A DNA stretch of 64,000 nt from an uncultured Candidatus Actinomarina sp. (GTDB taxonomy: Bacteria; Actinomycetota; Acidimicrobiia; Actinomarinales; Actinomarinaceae). A program made the position numbers and the translations under genes. The first letter of the stretch is position 1; every line of letters begins with the position of its first letter. Under the pieces are notes generated by a model. It did no database searches and was not told the DNA's origin. It saw only the letters and a program-made list of their open reading frames with translations. The stretch covers positions 827-64,826 of the forward strand of contig CACHBU010000005.1 of the NCBI GenBank assembly GCA_902578135.1, given 5' to 3'. Positions 21,855 to 30,889 of this stretch are shown here, in pieces.

Positions 21855-22977
21855 ATTTATCATTAAAGAAATTTTTTCTTCTTTAATCTCTTTATTTATA
21901 TTCTTACTAATTATGTTTTATGGAATCAACTTACTTATTCCAGGTGATTTTTTAACCCCATTGAGACTTATGATGAGCCAAGCAGAGTTAGATGCTCTAA
22001 GAGAATCACTTGGAGTAAGTGATCCTTTGTACCGGAGATATTTTAGATGGATTTTAGGAGTTTTTAATGGAGAGATAACTACTGGTGGTTTTAGACAAAG
22101 ATCGGGAAAAGATATTACTTCAACTTTCTTTCCAACTATTCAAATTCTTATCCCGTCATTTTTACTTGCATTTTATATTTCAAGAATTCCATCAATCAAT
22201 ACGCCAATAAAAAAATTGCATAAAAACAAAATCGTTTCAGATACTTTAGCAACTTTTTTCATAAGTTTATTTCCTCCAATAATACTTTTTCTTATTGGAT
22301 CAAAATTTGATAACTTATATTTATATCTAGTTACTTTTTTTAATATAGAAAAAACACCCATTAGTTTATTAGAAATAAGTGAATTAAGAATAAATATATT
22401 TTTATTCTTACTCTTGTTTGGAGTAACAATTTTTATCTCATCCTTAATTGATATATTTACCAATTTAAAAATATTTATTTTGAAAATTTTAATTATTGTA
22501 TCTATTTTTATCATTTTTATTTTCAATTCGGACACAATTCTATTTAATGAGGTAGCTCTCCTCTCAAAAAATGCATTCAAAACAATATCTATTCTTACTC
22601 TATTTTTTATTGGAGAATATGTACTCCTAACTAATGTTATTACTCAAAACATAGCTAGAGAGCCTCACATACTTACTGCGAGAGCTTTAGGTTATTCAAA
22701 TAGTAAAATTTTTTCAAAACATATAATTAGGAATTCTTTTGGTCCATTTGCCACCCGAATAGGGCTCGGATTGCCATTTACAATAGCATCACTAGTCATA
22801 GTTGAATCAACGACAAATTGGAATGGAATGGGAAGTTTACTATACCAAACAATATTGAATCAAGATTCAAATGCAGCGATGGGTTTGTTTTTATTATTGG
22901 CATTATTGACAATTATTTTAAGAATTACAATTTCCTTAATTCAGATGATTATTGACCCTAGAGTAACTACAAAATGA
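21847..22977 (+). CDS. OppB/DppB-like ABC permease (divergent)
   Basis: PGD, LG..DP...RY..W, TARALG....I..KH..RN, IDPR end. Confidence 0.8.
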   Translation: MIKFIIKEIFSSLISLFIFLLIMFYGINLLIPGDFLTPLRLMMSQAELDALRESLGVSDPLYRRYFRWILGVFNGEITTGGFRQRSGKDITSTFFPTIQILIPSFLLAFYISRIPSINTPIKKLHKNKIVSDTLATFFISLFPPIILFLIGSKFDNLYLYLVTFFNIEKTPISLLEISELRINIFLFLLLFGVTIFISSLIDIFTNLKIFILKILIIVSIFIIFIFNSDTILFNEVALLSKNAFKTISILTLFFIGEYVLLTNVITQNIAREPHILTARALGYSNSKIFSKHIIRNSFGPFATRIGLGLPFTIASLVIVESTTNWNGMGSLLYQTILNQDSNAAMGLFLLLALLTIILRITISLIQMIIDPRVTTK

Positions 22978-23849
22978 TCAAATATATTATTAAAAGTACT
23001 TATAAAACTTACCACGGAAAAATTGGATATTTTTTCTTACTTTTACTCATATTTGGAAATCTAATTCATTCTTGGCTTCTAGGAAATATCTGGCCTGAAA
23101 GCATTTATGATCCAATTGTTGGATTTGATTTACAAGTTTTTCCACACCCAACAACACCTTCAAAAGCACACCTACTTGGTACCGATCCACTTGGTAGAGA
23201 TGTCTTAAGTATGTTTTTGGCTGGATCTGGCCCTTTAATTAGGCTATCAATATTTTCTTTTTTTATTGGAATATCAATAAGCCTTTTTTTGGGTACAACA
23301 ATTCCTTTTATTTTTAAAAGAACAGATTTAATCTTTAAAGAAATTTCATCCGGATTAATTTTAATTTCTCCTCCAATAATTTTACTTATTTTAGGAACTG
23401 GAGATTTTACAGATATTTTGACACCTTCATCAGTTGGAATAATTTATGGAATTTTATCAGGTCTAGGTGTCTGCTATTTAGTTGTAAGGTCAGCAGTTAT
23501 TGAGATATCAAATCGAGAATTTATTAATGCATCTAAATTGTTAGGTGGAAAAAACTTATACATAGCAACAAGACACATAATGCCAGTGGTTGTTCCATAC
23601 GCAGTAAGTTATATGTTAGCAAGTACTACCTATGGAATATTAGCATATGGTTTTGCATCATTTTATGGACAAGTTGGATGGACGCCTAATTGGGGAATGA
23701 TGATTTATGATGCAATCACATATGGTTCTTATCTAGGTGGAACCAATTATTGGAATTTAATTCCACCAACATTAGGTTTCACATTATGTGCAAGTTCATT
23801 TTATTTCTTAAGCTTGAGTGTAAAAAAACAATTTGGAATAAGTATTTGA
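22974..23849 (+). CDS. OppC/DppC-like ABC permease
   Basis: HLLGTDPLGRDV, EFI.AS..LG...RHI.P, WG.MI. Confidence 0.85.
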   Translation: MIKYIIKSTYKTYHGKIGYFFLLLLIFGNLIHSWLLGNIWPESIYDPIVGFDLQVFPHPTTPSKAHLLGTDPLGRDVLSMFLAGSGPLIRLSIFSFFIGISISLFLGTTIPFIFKRTDLIFKEISSGLILISPPIILLILGTGDFTDILTPSSVGIIYGILSGLGVCYLVVRSAVIEISNREFINASKLLGGKNLYIATRHIMPVVVPYAVSYMLASTTYGILAYGFASFYGQVGWTPNWGMMIYDAITYGSYLGGTNYWNLIPPTLGFTLCASSFYFLSLSVKKQFGISI

Positions 23850-23881
23850 TAACTCATATATATATTTCTTAAAATAGCACT

Positions 23882-24604
23882 ATGGATACAAGAGTAAATA
23901 CCAAAATCTTTTTAAAAACTGTTTTCTTGTTTCCACTATTCATGGTTTTCATAATGTTTCCATTGTGTGTATTAATCGTAATAACTGCATTTTTACCGAA
24001 AGGACGGGTTCTTGCAACAAAACTATATGAATTCTTTGGCTGGATAGGAATTGTGCTTGTAGGTGTTGAATTAAATATTATTGGAGCGGAAAAAATAGAT
24101 CCAAAAAAAAGCTACGTAGTTATTGGAAATCATCCATCAACTCTTGATATCTTTACACATATCACTGCCCTGCCTGTATCAATTAGATTTCTCACAAAAA
24201 CAGAATTATTTAGAATACCGATTTTTGGAAGAGTTTTAAAAACTCTAGGATTACCTAGAATTGACAGGAAAAACGCAAAAGCAAATTTTGAAAAAATTAA
24301 TGACTCTATTAATCAAGTCATCAAGCTGGGTAATTCAATTATGATATTTCCGGAAGGAAAAAGAAGTAATCAAAAAGAGTTATTGCCATTTAAAAAAGGG
24401 GCATCTCATATTGCAAAAAATTTTAATCTCCCAATAATTCCAGTTGTTTCCCATAATGCTCATAACTTGATGGTTAAAGGAAAAGTATGGCTTAAAAGTG
24501 GCGAAATTAAAATTGAGATATTAGATCCAATTTATAATGTGAATGATTACACTGTTGACGAACTAACCTCAAAAATGGAGTCTTTGATAAAAAGTAGACT
24601 ATAA
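23882..24604 (+). CDS. plsC: 1-acyl-sn-glycerol-3-phosphate acyltransferase
   Basis: NHPSTLD, IFPEG.R, PFKKG. Confidence 0.88.
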   Translation: MDTRVNTKIFLKTVFLFPLFMVFIMFPLCVLIVITAFLPKGRVLATKLYEFFGWIGIVLVGVELNIIGAEKIDPKKSYVVIGNHPSTLDIFTHITALPVSIRFLTKTELFRIPIFGRVLKTLGLPRIDRKNAKANFEKINDSINQVIKLGNSIMIFPEGKRSNQKELLPFKKGASHIAKNFNLPIIPVVSHNAHNLMVKGKVWLKSGEIKIEILDPIYNVNDYTVDELTSKMESLIKSRL

Positions 24605-25144
24605 ATCTAAAAACTCTTCCGCATAACTATTCAATGATTCAATAACATCCTGATTGTTTAGAATACTTTTTTCATTTTGATGTTCTGATTTAGTTATTAA
24701 ATGAAATTTTTCAAAAACTTGCAAATCATAGTTTGATAATTGCATACTTAGAATTTCAAATGCTTTCTTAGCATTACTCCCAGCCCCCTTAACGGTTGTA
24801 ACAACAGCAACTTTTTTTTCTTTAAATAACGCACTATAACGGTTTTCATCATATGCAAGTGATAGCCAATCTAGAGCATTTTTTAAATGTGCTAAAAATC
24901 CACCGTTATAAACGGGGCTAAAAATAATTATTTTTTCAGATGCCTCCAATGATTTTCTCATTTCAAGAATTTTTTCTGGAACATCATCGTAAGTATCCAG
25001 TAAAAATGGAATATCGGAATATAAATTATCAAAAAGAACATTCTCTAAACCTTTTTTTTCAAAATAATTACTTAGGTGCTTCGCCAATTGATTGTTATGT
25101 GAATCAGGACTTGTTCCTGCACTTAGAATGAAAATTTTTGACAT
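24599..25144 (-). CDS. NAD(P)H-dependent FMN reductase
   Basis: GT...S.N start, SPVYNG....LKNALDW. Confidence 0.85.
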   Translation of the reverse strand: MSKIFILSAGTSPDSHNNQLAKHLSNYFEKKGLENVLFDNLYSDIPFLLDTYDDVPEKILEMRKSLEASEKIIIFSPVYNGGFLAHLKNALDWLSLAYDENRYSALFKEKKVAVVTTVKGAGSNAKKAFEILSMQLSNYDLQVFEKFHLITKSEHQNEKSILNNQDVIESLNSYAEEFLDL

Positions 25145-25172
25145 GTTATCAGTATGTAATTATGTTTGTTAT

Positions 25173-25508
25173 ATGAATAGTGAAAATGTAGGTTTATTTT
25201 CTAAATTAGATATAAGAGTTGGAAAAATTGTTAAAGCTGAAGTATTTGAAGAAGCAATTAAACCTGCATACATTCTAACTATTGATTTTGGAGAAGAAAT
25301 TGGCCTCAAAAAAACAAGTGCTCAAATTACAAATTATGATTTAAATAGTCTTTCAGATAAAAAATGTATAGCTGTTATTAATTTAGGAGAAAAGCAAATC
25401 GGTCCAATAATGAGCCAGTGTTTAGTATTAGGTTCAATATCAAATAATGGAGATGTGCTTTTATTGTCACCTGAAGAGGGTTCAGAGTTAGGCGACAGAG
25501 TATCTTAA
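25173..25508 (+). CDS. csaA: CsaA-type tRNA-binding protein/chaperone
   Basis: LDIRVGKI, KPAY.L.IDFG.EIG.K.SAQIT, S.CLVLG; start reassigned. Confidence 0.9.
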   Translation: MNSENVGLFSKLDIRVGKIVKAEVFEEAIKPAYILTIDFGEEIGLKKTSAQITNYDLNSLSDKKCIAVINLGEKQIGPIMSQCLVLGSISNNGDVLLLSPEEGSELGDRVS

Positions 25509-25978
25509 GCTAAATATTTTTTAAAATAGCCGGGATTAAATGTGCCAACTCTTCTGGCTAATTTTTCACCTTTGTGATTTATCAAAACATATGTTGGAGT
25601 ATTGAATAATTTGTACTCATCAATAAATGGATGGTCTTTTTGTTTACTAGCATTAATTGATACAAAAAATACTTCTGGATTTTCTTTTTTAAATTCATCA
25701 ACTATGAATTTTGAAGCAGTACAGCCAAGTCAATAATCAGAATAAAATTCAATAATTGAATTTTCATAATCTGCATATGAATAAGATGAGTCAACCATTT
25801 TGCGATTTGAAGTATATGAAATCAAAAAATAAAATATTCCAAGAACAAAAAAACTCAGGAAATATATGACAGCGGAAGGCTCAAATGCAAAAAAGAATAT
25901 TGCTAATCCAATAATCCAGCCTAAAGGTAAATAAATTAAACTATACCGGTTAAGTATCTTTAAAAATTTTCTTTTCAT
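25505..25978 (-). CDS. Membrane-anchored thioredoxin-fold protein with in-frame TGA (UxxC), candidate selenoprotein, 157 aa
   Basis: IIEFYSDY-TGA-LGC, then 74 open codons including NTPTYVLIN.KG; TAA overlaps csaA stop. Confidence 0.75.
25691..25711 (-). promoter_or_regulatory. Candidate bacterial SECIS hairpin
   Basis: AAAUUCAU-AGUUG-AUGAAUUU; loop starts 26 nt after UGA with GU at loop positions 2-3; AU-rich, weak stem. Confidence 0.5.
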
Positions 25979-26012
25979 GAGTCCCTTATCAAACCTTATA
26001 ATATACTTGAAT

Positions 26013-26423
26013 ATGGACTTCGTTAAAGAATTAAAAAAAAGAGGATATAGGATTACAAATCCAAGAGAAGTTATTTGCAATATTTTAGAAACCTCAGGCC
26101 ACGAACACTTTACTGTTGATAAGCTTCACAACTTGGCAATCAAAGAAGATAAAAATATAGATTTAGCAACTGTATATAGAACTCTAGAATTACTGGAAGA
26201 CATAGATATTGTAGAACACATGCATCAAGCCCATGGCTCAGGAATTTATTACTTAAAAGGTGAAAATGATAACAATCATATAATATGTGATTTTTGTAAA
26301 TCAATTTACGACCTTACAAAAGAAACAAAAGATAGGATTAATAAACTACTTGTAAAAGACAGTAATTTTAATTTAATTAATCACAATTTTATATATTCTG
26401 GAGTATGTAAAAATTGCAATTAA
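26013..26423 (+). CDS. nur: Fur-family regulator, Nur (nickel) subtype
   Basis: DLATVYRTL, HxHxxHG (HMHQAHG), HIICDFC, CKNC. Confidence 0.75.
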   Translation: MDFVKELKKRGYRITNPREVICNILETSGHEHFTVDKLHNLAIKEDKNIDLATVYRTLELLEDIDIVEHMHQAHGSGIYYLKGENDNNHIICDFCKSIYDLTKETKDRINKLLVKDSNFNLINHNFIYSGVCKNCN

Positions 26424-26425
26424 AA

Positions 26426-26454
26426 ATGTTATTGCAAATTACTTGCAGTAACAT
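26426..26454. promoter_or_regulatory. Nur box-like operator
   Basis: ATGTTATTGCAA-attac-TTGCAGTAACAT; core matches TTGCAA-N5-TTGCAA with one mismatch. Confidence 0.7.
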
Positions 26455-26462
26455 ATTTCTAT

Positions 26463-27227
26463 ATGGAAACAACTCACTCGCATCACCTAGAAATTCACAG
26501 TAATTCTCTACTAAGTCAGCTAAAGCCTGAAGTAAAAATTGTTTCAACGTTTATGATTGTTTTGTCTATTGCGTTCTTAAGTCTAGAAAACACTGTTTCA
26601 ATTATGGTTCAAACACTAATTGTTTTAATAATGATAAATTTATCCAAAATAAAAGTATCTACATACTTCAAAAGACTATCAATTGATATACCGTTTGTAC
26701 TCTTTGCTTTATTTCTTCCTTTTTTAAGCAAAGGTGATAATACTGTTATGTTCGAATTATTTTCATTACGTATTTATGAAACTGGGTTTTATGAAATGAT
26801 TTCAATATTAATTAAAATTACCCTTTGTGTTTCGTTAGCAATTGTTTTAACTGCTACTACCTCAAATATTGAGATTATTTATGGTTTACAAAAATTAAAA
26901 ATTTCGCCGTTGTTAATTTCAATATTATCTTTTGCTATTAGATACATTGATGTTTTTATTGATGAATTTAAAAGAGTTAAAGTTGCTATGAAATCAAGAG
27001 GTTACGATCAAAAGGGTTTAAAAGGATTAAAACCAATTGCATACGCTTCTGGTGCATTGTTAATTAGAGGATATGAAAGAGGAGAAAGAGTTTATAACTC
27101 AATGATATCGAGAGGTTTTAATGGTTCAATTGAGCTTAAGAAAAGAGAATTTAAAAAGTCATACCTTCTTTATTATTTATCATTTATTTCACTTGCTACA
27201 ACTATTGTTGAAAGATTTCTCATATGA
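26463..27227 (+). CDS. cbiQ: Ni/Co ECF transporter T component (CbiQ/NikQ)
   Basis: His-rich start, RYI.V..DE..R...AMKSRG, ERGERVY.SMISRG. Confidence 0.9.
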   Translation: METTHSHHLEIHSNSLLSQLKPEVKIVSTFMIVLSIAFLSLENTVSIMVQTLIVLIMINLSKIKVSTYFKRLSIDIPFVLFALFLPFLSKGDNTVMFELFSLRIYETGFYEMISILIKITLCVSLAIVLTATTSNIEIIYGLQKLKISPLLISILSFAIRYIDVFIDEFKRVKVAMKSRGYDQKGLKGLKPIAYASGALLIRGYERGERVYNSMISRGFNGSIELKKREFKKSYLLYYLSFISLATTIVERFLI

Positions 27228-27970
27228 AAAATAGCTACCTAAGTATAAATAATTTAAATTTTGAGTATCCAGATGGATTTAAAGCTTTACATAATGTTAA
27301 TTTTCAAATCATGAAAAATGAAAGAATTGCAATTCTTGGTCCAAATGGTGCAGGAAAAACAACACTTATTCTTCATTTAAATGGAATTCTTGGAAATCTT
27401 GATGAAAAAATTAAAATTGATGATTTATTATATAATGAACAAAACATTGGCAGAATTCGTAAAACTGTAGGATTAGTTTTCCAGGACCCTGATGACCAAT
27501 TATTCATGCCTACAGTTTTAGAAGATGTTATGTTTGGACCTAAGAACTTTGGCTTTTCAAATGATGAAGCAGAAAATAATGCTATTAATGCATTAAAAAA
27601 AGTTAAGATGGATAATTTCATAGATAAGCCTCCACACCATTTAAGCTTTGGGCAAAAAAGAAAAGTCGCTATTGCTAGTGTTTTAGCATCAGAACCCGAG
27701 CTTCTAGTTCTAGATGAACCAAGTTCTAATCTTGATCCTGCGTCACGTAGAGAATTAATTGAAATTCTAAAAAGTTTGGAAATTTCACTAATATTGGTAA
27801 CTCACGATTTACCAATGGCTCTAGAGATTTGTGACAGGAGTATTATTTTAAATAATGGAGAAATTACGACTGATATGAAAACTTATGAGATTTTTAAAGA
27901 TAAAAAAATTATGGAAGAAAATCGACTTGAATTGCCTTATGGGTTTGCCTTACATCATTTAGAAGAGTGA
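27224..27970 (+). CDS. cbiO: ECF transporter ATPase (CbiO/NikO)
   Basis: GPNGAGKT, VFQDPDDQLF, LSFGQKRK, LDEP. Confidence 0.92.
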   Translation: MKNSYLSINNLNFEYPDGFKALHNVNFQIMKNERIAILGPNGAGKTTLILHLNGILGNLDEKIKIDDLLYNEQNIGRIRKTVGLVFQDPDDQLFMPTVLEDVMFGPKNFGFSNDEAENNAINALKKVKMDNFIDKPPHHLSFGQKRKVAIASVLASEPELLVLDEPSSNLDPASRRELIEILKSLEISLILVTHDLPMALEICDRSIILNNGEITTDMKTYEIFKDKKIMEENRLELPYGFALHHLEE

Positions 27971-28968
27971 AACTCTAAAGATTTAATATACTCTACAATC
28001 TTATCAAGTGCTTCATATGCTTCTTTAATTGGAAAGAATTGCCAAGCATGCCAAAGTCCATCCCAGGTTTGCAGTTGAACATTTATATTCTTATCTTCCA
28101 ACTTTTTAACAAATTCTATTGCATCATTGTAAAGAAGCTCGTCAGTGCATACCTGAATTAGTACATCTGGAAAATCATCGACATCAGCATATACCGGAGA
28201 TAATATTGGATTTTTTGTACCATATTCGCCTGAATAATATTCTCCTACTTCAAACATCCCTTCAATAATTATCGTCACATCACTGTTTTTGAAAAACTTC
28301 TTATCCTCAAAATTATCAGACAAATCAAGCCATGGAGATAAAAGTATTAGATTATCTGGTTTTTCGAGATACTCTTTATCTACTACCAACCCAGTAGCAA
28401 GACCTCCACCGGCAGATTCACCTATCCAAATACTTTGATCATCCGGATGAAGAGTTTTTATAAAATCTACCGCAAGTTTTGCGTCTTCATGAGCAGATGG
28501 AAAATTGTATTCTGGACTTAGCCTATATTCAAAAAAATAAACAATTAGATTTGAATCATTAGATATTTGAGAAATTAAATTTTTATGTGATGTAATACTT
28601 CCGGCAAAATATCCTCCCCCGTGAAAATAGATTCCGTATTTATCTTTACTGGAATTTGGTGGAATAAATTTAAAAATTTTTACTGGCCCATCCTCTATTT
28701 CTTCAAGTACGACATTGGAATTAAAATTGTGTAGCTTTTCACCTGAATTATTTAAATTTGCTCGAGAGTCTAGAGCATAATCCAAACGATCTTCAAAAGT
28801 AGGATTTTTTTTAGTAACATCAAGCCTCAATCTGTCTTTTACTTTTCTGATTTTTAATATATTTAGATATAAAGGTGTCCTCATAAACATTGGAAGAGAC
28901 GGGATAATCTCAATAGTAAATTTTTCTAGTATTTTAGCTAAAATTGATATCACTCTTTGATTATACAC
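27955..28968 (-). CDS. HSL-family alpha/beta hydrolase (esterase)
   Basis: HGGG, YRLSPE..FP, GESAGG; exact start uncertain. Confidence 0.9.
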   Translation of the reverse strand: MYNQRVISILAKILEKFTIEIIPSLPMFMRTPLYLNILKIRKVKDRLRLDVTKKNPTFEDRLDYALDSRANLNNSGEKLHNFNSNVVLEEIEDGPVKIFKFIPPNSSKDKYGIYFHGGGYFAGSITSHKNLISQISNDSNLIVYFFEYRLSPEYNFPSAHEDAKLAVDFIKTLHPDDQSIWIGESAGGGLATGLVVDKEYLEKPDNLILLSPWLDLSDNFEDKKFFKNSDVTIIIEGMFEVGEYYSGEYGTKNPILSPVYADVDDFPDVLIQVCTDELLYNDAIEFVKKLEDKNINVQLQTWDGLWHAWQFFPIKEAYEALDKIVEYIKSLEFHSSK

Positions 28969-29004
28969 CTTTGGTTCAAAAGAAAAAAAATATATAATAG
29001 GTTG

Positions 29005-30078
29005 ATGTCAAATCAACTTGGAACAATTGCAATATTAGGGTCTGGTGAAACAAGTCCTAATTTAGTTGCAGTACATAGAAAACTATTACAGGAAATTCCT
29101 AAACCTGTAAAAGCATACATGCTAGATTCACCATTTGGTTTTCAGGAAAATGCAGAACAACTTGTTGAAAAAATTCAAGATTTTTATGATTTAAGTTTAA
29201 ATATAAAAATTAAATTAGCATCTTACAGAAACATAGAAGAATTAAATACAAAATCATTCTTTAAAACGATATCTTTATTAGGAGAAGCAGATTTTATATT
29301 TGCAGGCCCTGGTAGTCCCAGCTATGCAAGCAAACTGTGGGTGAATAATGAAATTGAAGAAACATTGTTTAATCATATTAAAAAAGGTGCAAACGCTCTA
29401 TTTGCAAGTGCTGCAGCAACAACTCTGGGAGAAAACACTTTACCTGTTTATGAAATATATAAGGTTGGGATAGAACCATATTGGGAAGAAGGTCTTGATT
29501 TGCTTGGCTTGTACGGTTTGTCTTGTACTGTAGTGCCTCACTTTAATAATAGAGAGGGAGGAAATCATGATACAAGTTTTAGTTATGTAGGTAAAAATAG
29601 GATGAATAAATTAATGGAAATTGATTATTCTAATCTACTTGGTATTGATGAACACACTGCGTTAATAATTTCTGGTAAAGAAAATACGTTTGAAGTTTAT
29701 GGACTTGGACAAGTTACCGTCATTAATGAGGACAAAACTCTAGAATTCAAATCTGGAGAAACTTACGATTTAACCACTTTGCAAAATCATTTAAGTAAAA
29801 GCCACAAAGATAAATCATCTGAAATAAATCAGGAGGCTAAACAAAATAAATCAGATGAAACTTTAAGAAAAATTGCGAATCTCGAAATACAAATTGAAGA
29901 AAACGAATCTAACAACAAAATATTTAAAGAATTGGTAACCCAATTAATTGATTTACGGTTAAAGCTAAGAAGTGAAAAAAATTATGAAATGTCTGACATG
30001 ATAAGAGATATTCTTGAATCTTCAAATATTCAAATTGAAGATTCAACAGATAAGATAGAGTGGAAAATTAAGGATTAG
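29005..30078 (+). CDS. Peptidase S51/cyanophycinase-like protein fused to a CysRS-type C-terminal domain
   Basis: LGSGE, FAGPGSP.Y, ASAAA, VVPHF, GIDEHTA; C-terminal R..LR..KNY..SD.IRD.L....IEDS....W. Confidence 0.75.
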   Translation: MSNQLGTIAILGSGETSPNLVAVHRKLLQEIPKPVKAYMLDSPFGFQENAEQLVEKIQDFYDLSLNIKIKLASYRNIEELNTKSFFKTISLLGEADFIFAGPGSPSYASKLWVNNEIEETLFNHIKKGANALFASAAATTLGENTLPVYEIYKVGIEPYWEEGLDLLGLYGLSCTVVPHFNNREGGNHDTSFSYVGKNRMNKLMEIDYSNLLGIDEHTALIISGKENTFEVYGLGQVTVINEDKTLEFKSGETYDLTTLQNHLSKSHKDKSSEINQEAKQNKSDETLRKIANLEIQIEENESNNKIFKELVTQLIDLRLKLRSEKNYEMSDMIRDILESSNIQIEDSTDKIEWKIKD

Positions 30079-30889
30079 CTTTTGGGTAATGTCCTAAAAT
30101 AATAAATTCTTTTGAAACTTTTTTTATTCCATCTATAAGCTCCATTTGTGTTTTTACATTTTGAAGTTCATAATCGATATAAAACTTGTATTCCCAAGGC
30201 CTTCCTAATATTGGCCTTGATTCAAGTTTTGTTAAGTTTATATTAAGATCGCTAAATATATTGAGTGCTTTAAGTAATGAACCTGGTTTATCATCTGAAA
30301 TAAGTACAGATGAATATTTATTATTTTCTTTATTGGATTCCAATTTTTCATTCCCAATTAAGAGAAATCTAGTGAAATTTTCTTGATGGTTTGAAATATT
30401 TTCTTTAAGAATCTTAAATCGTTCATCGTTTTTAAAGTGCTCCCCTGCTATTGCTGCTGTATTAATGTCTTTTGTTTCCAATATTTCAAAAACGCTTCCT
30501 GCAGTGTCAAAAACTGGTGTAATTCTTAACTTTGAATCTTGTAGAAATTTATTACATTGTTGTAATGCCTGTGGATGTGAAATCACATGAGTAATTTCTT
30601 CAAACTTAGAATTTGAAAGACCTATTAAAGTATGATCAATTTTTTTAATAAATTCTCCAAATATTTCTAACCCACTATTGATTAATTCTTCGTAGGCCTC
30701 ATTAACAGTACCTGCAATTGAATTTTCTACTGGTAAGAGGCCTAAGCAACTTTCACTACTAACTTTATTTAGTAACTCTGTAAAACTTTCACAGGCAATA
30801 AAAGAATAATTTGAAAATTCTTTTTTTAGAAGCTCTTCCGAATAAGAACCCTCTGAGCCTTGATACGCAATCTTAAAATTATTTGTCAT
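30068..30889 (-). CDS. pheA: Prephenate dehydratase
   Basis: YQG..GSYSE, PVENS..G, SHPQAL.QC, NFTRF, NLTKLESRP. Confidence 0.95.
   Translation of the reverse strand: MTNNFKIAYQGSEGSYSEELLKKEFSNYSFIACESFTELLNKVSSESCLGLLPVENSIAGTVNEAYEELINSGLEIFGEFIKKIDHTLIGLSNSKFEEITHVISHPQALQQCNKFLQDSKLRITPVFDTAGSVFEILETKDINTAAIAGEHFKNDERFKILKENISNHQENFTRFLLIGNEKLESNKENNKYSSVLISDDKPGSLLKALNIFSDLNINLTKLESRPILGRPWEYKFYIDYELQNVKTQMELIDGIKKVSKEFIILGHYPKANP

Noticed and set aside
25730-25732. Genome-wide TGA reassignment (code 4 or 25) as the explanation for the in-frame TGA
   Set aside because: TGA ends many conserved genes here at the correct length (livH, sdhB, infA, rplC), and this position calls for Cys/Sec rather than Trp or Gly.
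25979-26080. N-terminal extensions of tracked ORFs 25730..26080 and 25977..26423
   Set aside because: They overlap each other head-to-head; starts at 25978 and 26013 remove the overlap and fit the domain boundaries.
26424-26462. Cobalamin or NiCo riboswitch, or terminator, before cbiQO
   Set aside because: 39 bp is too short for a riboswitch; the repeat lacks a GC stem with U-tract and fits a Nur operator better.
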